From NCBI RefSeq assembly GCF_046119375.1, contig NW_027362762.1, positions 808,418,001 to 808,466,448 on the forward strand: DNA of 48,448 nt, written 5' to 3'. The DNA comes from Phyllobates terribilis (Eukaryota). The position numbers and the translations under genes were made by a program. Under the pieces are notes generated by a model. The model saw nothing but the letters and a program-made list of their open reading frames with translations. It was not told the DNA's origin and did no database searches. Within the stretch, counting starts at the first letter, position 1, and each line of letters starts with the position of its first letter. This document shows positions 1-11,180 of this stretch, in pieces.

Positions 1-308
1 AGGACTTGATTTGGAAAGGCACACCCCTGTCTATATAAGACCTCATAGCTCACAGTGCATGTCAGACCAAATGAGAATCATGAGCTCAAAGGAACTGCCC
101 AAGGAGCTCAGAGACAGAATTGTGGCAAGGCACAGATCTGGCCAAGGTTACAAAAGAATTTCAGCATTACTCAATGTTCCTAAGAGCACAGTGGCCTCCA
201 TAATCCTTAAATGGAAGAAGTTTGGGACCAACAGAAGTCTTCCTAGACCTGGCCGTCCGCCAAACTGAGCAATCGTGGGAGAAGAGCCTTGGTGAGAGAG
301 GTAAAGAA

Positions 309-1637
309 TGTTACGCACACGCCCGGACTGACTGGCGTGAGCATGATTAGTGATCCCACTGGACCATGAACCGAAGAGTGCCTGGAGGGGCGTAACTAAG
401 TATCAACTCGGTCCGACCAAGGTCACACGGCGGCTCAGTCGAGTCCGTGAACCAGGGAGGAACCGAGCAGAGGGCCCAGGTGCTACTCCAGGTCAGACCC
501 CGGTCACAGCTGTTGACCCACATCGGGGAATGCAGGAACAGGCAGGTTAGACTGGCATACAGACAGGTGGGCACTGGCAGGCACGGCTGGCATGCAGACA
601 GGCGGGCACTGGCAGGTAGGAACGCAGGCAGGATAGGGACCAGTACAGACAGGGACACAGGAACGGAGCCGCAGATGCGGTGAACAAGCAGAGCAGAGCG
701 AAACCGCCAATGCGGTGAACAAGCAGAGCAGAACGAAACCGCCCGTGCGGTGAACAAGCAAGCAGAACGAAACCGCAGGTGCGGTGAGCAAGCAAGCAGA
801 GCAGAGCGGAACCGCAGGTGCGGTGAACAAGCAAGCAGAGCAGAGCGGAACGGAACCGCAGGTGCGGTGAACAAGGAGAGCAGAGCGGAACGCAGATGCG
901 GTGAACAAGCAGAGCAGAACAGAGCAGAAGGTGCAGGCAGACAGGACAGGGCTCTGTTCACATGGAACAGACTGGAAAATACAGGAAGATAGTTAGAACA
1001 CAGGAGGTAGATACGGAGGCAGGGAAATGGGACAAGCAGAACCAGATACACACAAGGTACTTACAATGAAGTAGCGAGTGGACACAAAACTCACAAACAG
1101 AAGTACAGAGACAATGAGTTGGAGTTAGGTGCAGGTTCAGACACTGCAGGAAAAGGGAATGTTCGAACATAGAGACAAACAGGTAACGGGCTAGGACACT
1201 GTTCAGACAGGAAATGAACCAGGAACGAGCCTGGGAACTCAGTGCCCAGGGTGGCGGAAAGAGACTAGAAGTCACAGATACAGGCAACAGGCCTGGGTAT
1301 ACAGCCCCCAAGGTGGCGGAACAGACAAGATACAGGACAGGACCTGGCAACTCAGTTGCACCGAACACACTGAAAGAAAGTGTTGCTCAGGCACCCCCTA
1401 CTGGGTGGAGGGGGTTTAAGTATCCAGTGACTCACAGCAATAGGCTGGGGAGGCATTAGGAGTGCGCACACAGTAACTATAAGAATCAGGCAGTAGCCGT
1501 GCCGCCGCCCTAAGCGATCAGACAAGAGACACAGCAGGTACTGGAGCAAAGTGTGCAGCCTGGATTGATAGGTAAGATGGCGATCTTGCATGGTGGGAGG
1601 TGGTAAGCCATGCCAGCACGCCGCCAGGGATGTTACA
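309..1637 (-). mobile_element. Solo LTR (probably Gypsy/ERV-type) inserted in the Tc1 transposase
   Basis: TGTTAC...GTTACA termini with a perfect 5-bp TSD AAGAA (304-308 and 1638-1642). Excision restores the codons V-K-K-N-P. No gag/pol ORF. Minus orientation is inferred from a TATA-like GGATACTTAAA on the - strand. Confidence 0.8.
676..930. repeat. Imperfect ~30-40 bp tandem repeats inside the solo LTR
   Basis: Repeated gcggtgaacaagcagagcagagcggaaccgcaggt-like units. Confidence 0.8.
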
Positions 1638-3183
1638 AAGAAGAACCCCAAGATCACTGTGGCTGAGCTCCAGAGATGCAGTAGGGAGATGGGAGAAAGT
1701 TGAACAAAGTCAACTATCACTGCAGCCCTCCACCAGTCGGGCCTTTATGGCAGAGTGGCCCGACGGAAGCCTCTCCTCAGTGCAAGACATATGAAAGCCC
1801 GCATAGAGTTTGCTCAAAAACACACGAAGGACTCCCAGACTATGAGAAATAAGATTCTCTCGTCTGATGAGACGAAGATAGAACTTTTTGGTGATAATTC
1901 TAAGCGGTATGTGTGGAGAAAACCAGGCACTGCTCATCACCTGCCCAATACAATCCCAACAGTGAAACATGGTGGTGGCAGCATCATGCTATGGAGGTGT
2001 TTTTCAGCTGCAGGGACAGGATGACTGGTTGCAATTGAAGGAAACATGAATGCAGTCAAGTACAGAGATATCCTGGATGAAAACCTCTTCCAGAGTGCTC
2101 TGGACCTCAGACTTGGCCGAAGGTTCACCTTCCAACAAGACAATGACCCTAAGCACACAGCTAAAATAACAAAGGAGAGGCTTCAGAACAACTCTGTGAC
2201 CATTCTTGACCTAAACCCAACTGAGCATCTCTGGAGAGACCTGAAAATGGCCGTCCACCAACGTTCACCATCCAACCTGACGGAACTGGAGAGGATCTGC
2301 AAGGAAGAATGGCCGAGGATCCCCAAATCCAGGGGTGAAAAACTTGTTGCATCATTCCCAAGAAGACTCATGGCTGTACTAGCTCAAAAGGGGGCTTCTA
2401 CTCAATACTGAGCAAAGGGGCTGAATATTTATGACCATGTGATATTTCAGTTTTTTCAGTTCTTTTTTAATAAATTTACAAAAATTTCTACATTCGTTTT
2501 TTTTCAGTCAAGATGGGGTGCAGAGTGTACTTTAATGAGAAAAAAAATGAACTTTTTAGAATTTACCAAATGGCTGCAATGAAACAAAGAGTGAAAAATT
2601 TAGAAGTGGTCTGAATACTTTCCGTACCCACTGTATACTGAGTATAACTCCAATCACTACCAAAGCTCAGATACCGGTTAATTTCACCAGTGAATTATGG
2701 GAGGTTTGGATGTGACTGGAGCAGAAAATGTCACCCAAGCTCTGTACAAGCAGTTTTCATGAAGATTTAACTAGTAAAATGCAGCATAGTGTTAAGATAC
2801 ATATAAAACTGTGAGACACCGGCCCCAAACCAGACTGCCCCCTAGAGACCACTAGTTTAATGGGTGTTATGGTAGTGATACTGGGTGATGGCACTCACCA
2901 TGGTCTGTTAGTCTTCACCTCCAGCCAGGAATTATTCAGATCTCATCTGTGAATAGAGAATTTTATAATAACTTATAAAAAAAGGTACAGGTTCAGGCGA
3001 CTGCTCAGTACATGAGGAATAACAATATTTCCTTGTATCCTGAATTTTCACCAGTTTTCTCCTTTCTAACTTTCAATTATCTTTGAGCTACTGGTGGAGC
3101 CCATCTGCTGTGATGTTTCCCATACACAACACACAGACATGAGGGATTCCTGTTCTCTTTTCTATATCAAGCAACTGTTCAGT

Positions 3184-3790
3184 AGCAGCAGCAGCATGAA
3201 GGACATTATGCAGCAGGATTGAGCAGTGTAGCTGTGAATTCAGCTCTGGGGTGAGACAAACACTTATTAGAAACAGCAGCACCATAAAGGACATTATAAA
3301 AACAGTACTAACTAGTGTAGCTGTAAATCCAGTCTTTAAGTGAGAAAAAACAATTACTATAAGTAGCAGCAGTAGCATGGACAATATTATACAGCAGTGT
3401 TTAGCAGCGTAGATGTGAGTCAAGCGCTGGGGTGAGATAAGTCACTAAACGCAGCTGCAGCAGCATGGATGACATTGGGCAGCAGTAATGAGCCGTGTAG
3501 CTGTGTATAAAACACTTACTCTTACTAGAAAGCAGTGTCATGGAGAACATTGTACAGCAGTACTGAGAAGTGTAGCTGTGAATCCAGCACTGTGGTGAGA
3601 TAAAGTAAAGCACTTCTCAGATATCAGCAGCAGAATGGAGGACATTACAGAGCTGTACAGAGAAGTATTGCTGTGAATCCAGCTCTGGGGTTAGATTAAA
3701 TACTCACTTGGAGCAGCAGCAGGATGGAGGACAGTAAACAGCAGTACTGAGGTGTGTTGCTGTAAATTCAGCTCTGAGTGAGATAAAAAA
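3184..3790. repeat. Diverged ~90-bp tandem repeat, about 7 copies
   Basis: Recurring gcagcagcatggaggacatta...gcagtgtagctgtgaatccagctctggggtgagataa. Confidence 0.75.
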
Positions 3791-4130
3791 AAAAAAAAAA
3801 CACTTAGGGCTCATTCAGATGTCCGTGCAAATCGGTCTGATGTTGGACTGCAATGCACGGACTGGCCGAGAGTCTCCCGACCGGAGCGTGGCGGCTTCCA
3901 GCATTTCTATGATCCCTTAGGCCATGTTCACCAAATCTTTTGAGGAGTGGAATAACAGATATAAAACATTCAGGTCCCGGTCACTTGTATTTTTTTTTTC
4001 CTTTCATTTCTTCAGTTTCCATCTTATGTATTTTCAGGGAAAAAAAAATTTAAGAACGGAAACTTCAGTTTGTGCAAATCCTTCTTACGCAGGACGCCTT
4101 GTTCTTCCTCACACTGAAGATCAATTTTAA

Positions 4131-4457
4131 TGACATGAGCTGGACGTTTGGGGTTACTGTCCGTCTGCAGAATACCCTGATGGTATTACATGGATAAATA
4201 TCTGCAGCCGGACAACGACGCCCAACATCCAGCCAATGTCATAAAGAACAAGGAGTCCTGGAGGTGATGATCCAACTCCGGAGCCCTGATCTCCCATCAT
4301 CCTGTCTGTCTGGGATCACAAGAGACAGAAGGATCCGCACAAGCCTCATACACAGAAGATCTGGGGTCAGGTCTCCATGATGTTTGGCACAACCTCCTCC
4401 CGAGATCCTCCATAACGTGTATACAAGTGATGAGGAGGCGACAGCCAGATACCGATA
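4131..4457 (+). mobile_element. Degenerate Tc1-derived fold-back fragment (copy 1)
   Basis: 4202-4457 resembles a Tc1 transposase C-terminus (QPDNDAQHPA = QQDNDPKH-like, SPDL-like). 4131-4170 is an inverted copy of 4201-4240. A related copy lies at 44356-44698. Confidence 0.7.
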
Positions 4458-5787
4458 CCAATGGGATTTACATTTCTCATTACATTTTATTTTTTTTTTT
4501 GCAACTATAAGCTTTTCTACATATGAAGCTTCTTCCTTTGCAGCATTTTCTCCACACCTAAGACTTTTGCAGAGTCCTGTATTTTCCCGTGTTTCGCCCC
4601 TAGTGCCCCTCAGTGCACATCCTTTGTGTCATGACCATTGTGCCCTCTGTACCCTTCCTCGTATTTCCCGTGCCCTCTGTTGCCTCCTCGGTCCATTCTG
4701 TGTCACCTCCTCACATGTAGCTCTGTCTGTGCCCGCTATGATGTACCCCCGTCACCCCTCAGTTCTGGGCCTCCTCACCTGTCCCCGGGGGTCCGGTCAC
4801 TTTCCTGCCTCCTTTGCCCTCATTGTGGTGGGCTGTGCAGCCGCTCGCCGTGTGGCACAGGACGGTCATGTGGACATTTATAAATAGCCGCCCCGGTCAC
4901 CATGTGCCGTCTCCGCTTACACGGCTGCTGCTTCCATTAACCCTCTGCAGCAGCGGCTCATGTCTGTGTCCAGGGGTATAATACAGAGACCGGGAGGGAG
5001 ATAGGGGGGGCAACAACACAGACGCTCCCGGCACAGAGTCACCGGGGCCGAGTTCTTACCACATTGTCTAGTTATTAAAAATCTTCCATCTGTGAAGAGT
5101 TTGTCAATTTCCCTGCAGCCCCCCGGGGTGGGGGACTACAGGCCCAGAATGGACAAGAACTGTGCACGACCCGAACAGCAACACCGACACCATGAGCAAT
5201 GATTTATCAGTATGGGCGGACCGCATAGAATTCATTTTGGGGTCTGACATCCAGGCTGCCATTTTAGTTATTGAATGTTACAGCAGTCTGCCCATTAACT
5301 CATTCATGACCAAGTGTTTTTTTTTTTTAGTTTGTTAGAAAGTTTTGCAAGATTTAGTGTAATTGATGACTTATTATAAAAGGGCTCCAGAGCCTTCAGC
5401 GCCCCCCACAGATCACTTCTAAATGGTTAAACCGCCGGCACCTGCCCGGTATGAGGAGTAATGTTCTATTGTCACACAGGGGTTAAAAGTCTTGATTCTG
5501 CCCTTCAAAACGTCACCACTAGGGGGAGCTCTGTGCACAGGGATGAATACAGCTCTCAGTATGTCGCCACATGTACAGAAAGTCCCCTAGCGGCCATTTC
5601 TGAGCCCAAGTTTCAGGCTGTGCGACCGCCACAGTTCTGATCATCCATAGAAAAATGAGTGACAGCGGATAAATGAGCCAATCGCTGCGATACATGAGAA
5701 ACTCAGATCGAGCGCAGCTCCTGCAGTTAATAAATAAGTTTATTAAATATGACAATCAAGTCTGAGACTTTCCGTCCCTGAGAGAGG

Positions 5788-5866
5788 CAGTGAGAGACGG
5801 TGACCAGCGCTCCGCAGTGAGACGGTGACCAGCGCTCCGCAGTGAGACGTGACCAGCGCTCCGCAG
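5788..5866. repeat. 25-bp tandem repeat, 3 copies
   Basis: cagtgagacggtgaccagcgctccg x3. Confidence 0.85.
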
Positions 5867-6486
5867 CCTCGCTACCTGGCGTTACGGCGCAGTTCGGACG
5901 TCGCCTTTATGTCGCTCTCCATCTGGTCAATGTGCCGCGTTATCTGCCGTATGAGAACCTGGAAAGGAGAAGAGAAAGTGCGAGATGTGAGACGGGTAAC
6001 AGAACTACATGTCCCAGCAGACCCAGACAAAGATCAGCTGCAGCAGAAGTTCACATACTGACCCACAGCTGAGGGTTTGCTACAAATCACTTCTAGACTT
6101 CATTGTACCAAACCTCCAGCTGTGATCAGCAGACCTTCAGTATGTTCTATTCACTGGCAGCGAGCAGAGATCTTAAGCTTGATGACGTTTTCAGCACTGA
6201 CCCTCCCCTTATATCTGGACCCGGCTATTATGTCCCCCACATCCCCCACCCCGTGCCCCTCGCTCACATCCACGTGCCGCTGACAGATGGACAGTCTGAT
6301 CAGTGCATAGTCCCTCTGGTGCACGCTGCTGCCACCTGCTGGACGATCCCTGGAACAGCGGCGTTCAGGCCCTTTCCTTCTGCACAAACCCTGAAGGAAG
6401 GAAAAGTCCAATATAAAGTCCAACACGTGGGAAAAAAACAAAAACTAAGTACACCCTCTGAGTTTATTTACATATGACAACGATTA

Positions 6487-7012
6487 CACAGGTTTGTAAC
6501 TAAAAAGCGGTTTGATTATTTTCATATAATTTGCATATATTTTGGGGTTTTGATAAAAAAAAAAAAAAATATTGAAAGAAATCCTAAACGTCAGGACTTG
6601 CCACAAACCTATAGGTTCTTCTGCAAACTCTGGTGTGAATCATCAGCAGGCGGCTTATATTCTTTCCCCATTATCATCAATAGGAACTGTGTGATTGTCT
6701 GGTGGCAGTCAGGTGGTTAGTGACATAGGGAAAGGTGCTTACGCTTTCAAGAAACTTGCATTGGAATCTCATTCAACCATGTTTCCCCAAATTAGTGTTA
6801 TGGCTTTGCGGAAGTGTATTAAATTCGCCTGATCGTTTGTTTCATTTGTGGTGAATATACAGTGTTGAGTCAACAGCTGAATATTACAGACTTTGTGAAT
6901 AAAGTATACTTCGCATACCTCGGACTAAAACTTGGAGATCAAGATAAAGTTTGAGCGCCTCAAAGTGTGCAAACAGTGTGTTGAGGACTTCCGAAATTGG
7001 TTCAAGGGTAAG
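6487..7012 (+). mobile_element. 5' remnant of a Chapaev3-like (CMC) DNA transposon
   Basis: Frameshifted translation from ATG 6800 gives MALRKCI..CFICGEYTV..ITDFVNKVYFAYLGLKLGDQDKV*AP..KVCKQCVEDFRNWFKGKK. This matches my recollection of the Cys-rich N-terminus with a GDQDKxWAPH motif. Possible CAC terminus at 6487. The family assignment is from memory. Confidence 0.55.
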
Positions 7013-7394
7013 AAAACACCACGGTTACTTACCGGTAGCCGGTTTTTCCTGAACCCATGACAGCACACCTTGAGAGAGGGATCCGCCCCACCAAGGACAG
7101 GAAACAGTCTGAAATAATAAAAGGGTGGTACCTCTCCCTCGCTTCAGTTGGATTACAGAGCATTGAGAGGACCTCCAGAAAAGGTTAGACACATAATCAA
7201 CACCTACAATATATATATATAATGTAAATAATCACCCAAAATGTAAAGTGCTTCAACAGGGCGTGAGAAAGACAGGAGGGGAAACTACGGGTGCTGTCAT
7301 GGGTTCAGGAAAAACCGGCTACCGGTAAGTAACCTTGGTGTTTTCCCCTCACCCATGACAGCACACCTGGAGAGAATTTGAGAATATGAGCACC

Positions 7395-7955
7395 CTAGGG
7401 AGGGACCACCGCCTGAAGTACCCTTCTCCCAAAGGTAAGGTCAGAGGAGGATAGATCCAACCGATAGTGCTTGTAGAAGGTGGATGGTGCAGACCAAGTA
7501 GCAGCTTTACATATCTGGTCAATCGAGACGTCTGCTCGCTCTGCCCAGCAGGTTGCGACAGCTCTGGTGGAATGAGCTTTAATACCGTCCGGTGCCGGAA
7601 CACCTGTAGATGTATAAGCTAGACAAATGGCCTCCCTAAACCACCTAGAAATAGTTCCCTTTGATACCCAGTGACCTTTCCTACTCCCCTGAAAGGCCAG
7701 AAACAAGGAGCGGTCCTTCCTCCACTGACTAGTCATGTCTATGTACTGTAGTAATGCCCTTCTAACATCCAGATTGTGGAACCTAACCTCCCCGGGGTTT
7801 TTAGGGTTACTGCAGAAAGAGGGAAGTACAATCTCCTGATTACAGTGGAATCTGGATACTACTTTCGGAAGGTACACCGGATCTGTACGCAGGACGACCC
7901 GGTCCTCATGAATTTGGATGTATGGCCGAATCAACAGAAAGGGCCTACAGGTCAC
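7395..7955 (-). CDS. DIRS tyrosine recombinase, C-terminal catalytic part
   Basis: LDVRRALLQY, TISRWFREAI, HSTR (HxxR), TWSAPSTFYKHYRLD motifs typical of DIRS recombinases. Confidence 0.85.
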   Translation of the reverse strand: MTCRPFLLIRPYIQIHEDRVVLRTDPVYLPKVVSRFHCNQEIVLPSFCSNPKNPGEVRFHNLDVRRALLQYIDMTSQWRKDRSLFLAFQGSRKGHWVSKGTISRWFREAICLAYTSTGVPAPDGIKAHSTRAVATCWAERADVSIDQICKAATWSAPSTFYKHYRLDLSSSDLTFGRRVLQAVVPP

Positions 7956-7982
7956 TAACCCTATGGGCCGATGTTAGGGCCA

Positions 7983-9666
7983 CTAGGAGAATGTTTTGAG
8001 GGTGAGGAACTTTAGAGAGATAACCTGCGGGGGTTCAAATGGGTCGCCAGAGAGTGCGTTTAAAACCAAATTCAGGTCCCAGGGAGGAACTCTGAGAGCC
8101 CAAACTGGTTTAGCTCTGGAACAGAATTTAATGAATCTAGAGGCCCACCTGTTTCCTGCCAGGTTGCAATTATAGAGCGCCCCTAGGGTGGACACCTGAA
8201 CTTTAAGCGTTCCCATAGCTAACCCCAGGTCACGTCCCTTCTGTAAAAACTCTAGGACCTCTTTAATTGAAGGTTTATTCGACAACGGGGAGTCTATGAA
8301 ACCCGGGAATTTCACCAGATTCTGCTATAAATCTTAGTTGTTATGGGCTTCCTACTACCCAATAGGGTGGAAACTAGGCTCAATGAAAACCCCCTATTAC
8401 TCAGTAACATCCTCTCAAGTTCCAAGACGCCAGATGGAAACCTTCGGCTTGTGCATGGAACATCGGCCCCTGGATGAGAAGGTCCGGCCTGTCCTGTAGG
8501 ACCCAGGGACCCGAGACAGACATTAGACGAAGCAGGGTCTTTTTGGCCAAAAAGGGGGCCATCAGAATTATCCTTGCCCCCTCCTCCCGAATTTTCCTCA
8601 CAACTGCCGGGATCATTACTATCAGTAGAAAAGCATAGGCCCTCCTGAACCTCCAGGGTATCTGGAGAGCGTCTTCAGCATAGGGATTCTCTGTCGGATC
8701 TAGTGAACGGAATCTCTCCACCTTCCTGTTTGCCCTCCCTGTTGGTGAACAAATCTATGTCCGGTGACCCCCATAGTTTGATAATCTGCTGGAAGACTAC
8801 TGGGTTTAGAGCGCACTCTCCTTGTCTTAAAGTGTGGCGACTGAGGAAATCTGCCTTTGAATTTTCTACCCCCTGGATGTAAAGAGCACTGAGGGATGGA
8901 AGATGCTGTTCTGATAGTTGCAGGATCCTGTTTGCCACTACCATCAGGGAGCGAGATCTTGTTCCTCCCTGGTGATTTATATAAGCCACTGTCGTCCGAT
9001 TGTCAGACATGATCTGGACATGTATGTGGGGTAGGAAGCCTATCAGGGATTTCTCCACTGCCAAAAGCTTTTAGGTTTGATGATGTCCCCATTTCGTGAC
9101 GTAACCAGAGCCTCTGAGCCGAGAGATCTGCTAGATGACCCCCCCCCCCCCCAGCCGGAGCCACTTGCATCTGTTGTAATTGTATGGTTGACTAGTCTGG
9201 ACCACTGCAAGCCTGAGGTCAGATTCTCCCTTTCTCCCTGTTTATCCACCATGAGAGGGAGTCTACCGTCTCTAGGGAAAGATAGTCTTTTCTAAATGTC
9301 CGTTGAAGGATTTGTGCTGACAGGACCTCCCACTGAAGAAGCCTCATATGACCTTGGGCCCATTTGACTGCTGGGAGACAGGACGTCATGGAGCCCAATA
9401 GGGACATCACTGGAGACTCTATGGCCCTTGAGACCAAGCTGATTATTTTGCAAACCTTGTCCTCAGAGGAAGCAGGCTTAGGAGTTGGGAATTTAGGGTC
9501 AAGCCCAGAAAGATCTGAGTCCTTGAGGGGGATAGTTTTGATTTTTTAACATTTATCAACCCTCCCTAGCTGATGTAAGGCTGTCCTGACCTCAAAGTTG
9601 AGAGGAACAGTGGTCTTCCGATATCTCTATTACCAGAAAGTCGTCTAAGTAGGGAACAATCACCAC
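7983..9666 (-). pseudogene. DIRS RT / RNase H / methyltransferase-like / integrase N-terminal coding region, frameshifted
   Basis: VPYLDDFLV at about 9632-9658; TTDASGSGWG; SDNRTTVAYINHQGGTRS; GVENSKADFLSR; WGSPDIDLF; VLEFLQKGRDLGLAMGTLKVQVS. Confidence 0.82.
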
Positions 9667-9931
9667 TAGTGTTGAGCGAGTAGGTTCTGTTAACCCTTTC
9701 GCCAAGTATGCTCGGACGAGCACCAAGTATTTACAACTGCTCGGTGATATGGTTGAATCACTCCCGTGTGCACGATTTGCGACTGTTTGACAGCTTTATT
9801 ACATGTGAGGAATGTCTATCAAACATGCACACGGGAGCGACTCAACCATATCACCGAGCAGCTGTAAATACTTTGTGCTCGTCCGAGCATACTCTGCGAA
9901 AGGGTTAACAGAACATACTCGCTCATCACTA
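9667..9931. mobile_element. Palindromic MITE inserted beside the DIRS RT YLDD codons
   Basis: About 105-bp near-perfect inverted arms (tagtgttgagcgagta... / ...tactcgctcatcacta) with TA at both ends. Confidence 0.85.
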
Positions 9932-10320
9932 ATCACGGGACGTCAGCAGTCGCGAGATCCATCACATGACTAAATGACGTCATGGCAGGTCCTTTTAGAC
10001 TATCACGAGCTGCCGGCAAGCCAGGACGGATCGCTATGGACACAGGGGGCCATCAGAAGGTAAATATAATGTATATTTTTTATTTTATACCATTCTTTCG
10101 GTCACACTATATATGCCGTTTGCATGGATATATTTAGTGTGACCAAGTTGTCAAGCACTTTCCAAGTGATGCTAAAATAGATTGGAAAGCGCTTCACATC
10201 CGCTTGTCCCTGGCAGGAAAAACGCATGTACAATCTGCACGGACAATCCGCACGTCAGGGAGATGCAGAAACGCTCAGGAAAAATCCAGAGCATTTCTGC
10301 ATCGTGGGCACATAGCCTAA
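9932..10320. mobile_element. Non-DIRS repeat insert, MITE-like fragment(s)
   Basis: Replaces the RT N-terminus and ORF1 end. Ends in cgtgggcacatagcctaa, which resembles a T2/Kolobok-type MITE terminus. No partner TIR found. Confidence 0.4.
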
Positions 10321-10321
10321 A

Positions 10322-11180
10322 GGTAGATTGGAGAGTATTTTATCTCTGGATATCTTTTTAACCTTGAGCTGGTCTTCTAATTGTTGAAGCCACACCATGA
10401 GTGGCCTAGCACAACACAGGTGCCCGCTACCGCTGGTTTCAGGCCCCCTACTGCCGCTGGTTTCAGGTGTGACGCAGGAAGGAATCTGCCTTCTTATCTA
10501 GAGCATCCTTTAGACTGCCCAAATCCTCCAGGGGTAGGGACGATTTTTTGGATGATCGGGCGTCAGACCCGTCAACTTTAGGAATTTTATCCCAGGACCC
10601 AGAGACACTATCCTCGAAGGGGTACCTCCTTTTGGAGCATGAGGGCAACACTCACGATTTCTCAGGCTTCCTCCATTCCCAGTCTGTAAGGGTCTGAATT
10701 TTAGGATTCACTGGAAAGGAGCGTTTTTTCCCTCCAGGCCTGCGAACATAATGTCTTCCAGGGACCTGGCTGCCTTCTCCTCCCTCAACCCCAGATTGAT
10801 CTGACAGCTCTGACCAACTTGTCCGTACCCTCAATAGGGAAACAGGGGCTATCACTGTCTGATGAAGAGGATGATTATTCACTGAGGCATGGATCCTCCG
10901 ACTGGGAGGATGAATCATAGTCGGAGGAGATATCCTTATGGGATCTATTTTTCCCTTAAGTAAACCTTTTTAGGGAATAGTGAACCTCTGTACGGATTAT
11001 GGATCTCAAATTAGAAGCAAAATCCGGGGTGCTCTCCGCTATGGTTTGGTTAATACAACTAGCACAAAGCGGTTTCTGCCAATCTATGGAAAGGGGGGCC
11101 TGGCATAAGGCGCAAACCCTGTGCTTCTTTTTGGCGCTACTCTTAGGTTCTTAAGGAATGAAGCACATAACTTTCCATTA
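10322..11180 (-). pseudogene. DIRS ORF1 (gag-like) remnant
   Basis: Frameshifted CxxC...CxxC N-terminus (KKHRVCALCQAP..CASC), then KRSFPVNPKIQ..EWRKPEK, RYPFEDS..WDKIPKVD, LPLEDLGSLKDALDKKADSFLR. Confidence 0.7.

Larger units (their letters stand above)
80..2411 (+). pseudogene. Tc1 DD34E-type transposase, disrupted
   Basis: Paired-like HTH (MSSKELPKELRDRIVARHRSGQGYKRIS...GRPP), then after the [51 protein letters not shown]. Carries in-frame stops, a small deletion before LNPTEHLW and the 309-1637 insertion. Confidence 0.92.
1..2633 (+). mobile_element. Tc1/mariner DNA transposon (left end outside window), interrupted by a solo LTR
   Basis: Transposase remnants run 80-2411. The right terminus ...ctgaatactttccgtacccactg ends at 2633 and is followed by TA (2634-2635), the Tc1 target dinucleotide. 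Confidence 0.92.
7013..11180 (-). mobile_element. DIRS-type tyrosine-recombinase retrotransposon, left-truncated and internally deleted
   Basis: Order on - strand: ORF1 (gag-like), RT with YLDD, RNase H, methyltransferase-like region, integrase N-terminus, tyrosine recombinase, then an ICR/right-ITR structure (inverted repeat 7013-7066 vs 7291-7344). No left ITR found. Confidence 0.88.

Noticed and set aside
347-1368. ORFs of 130-234 aa within the first 1.4 kb
   Set aside because: They lie inside the solo LTR and derive from its low-complexity internal repeats; no gag or pol motifs.
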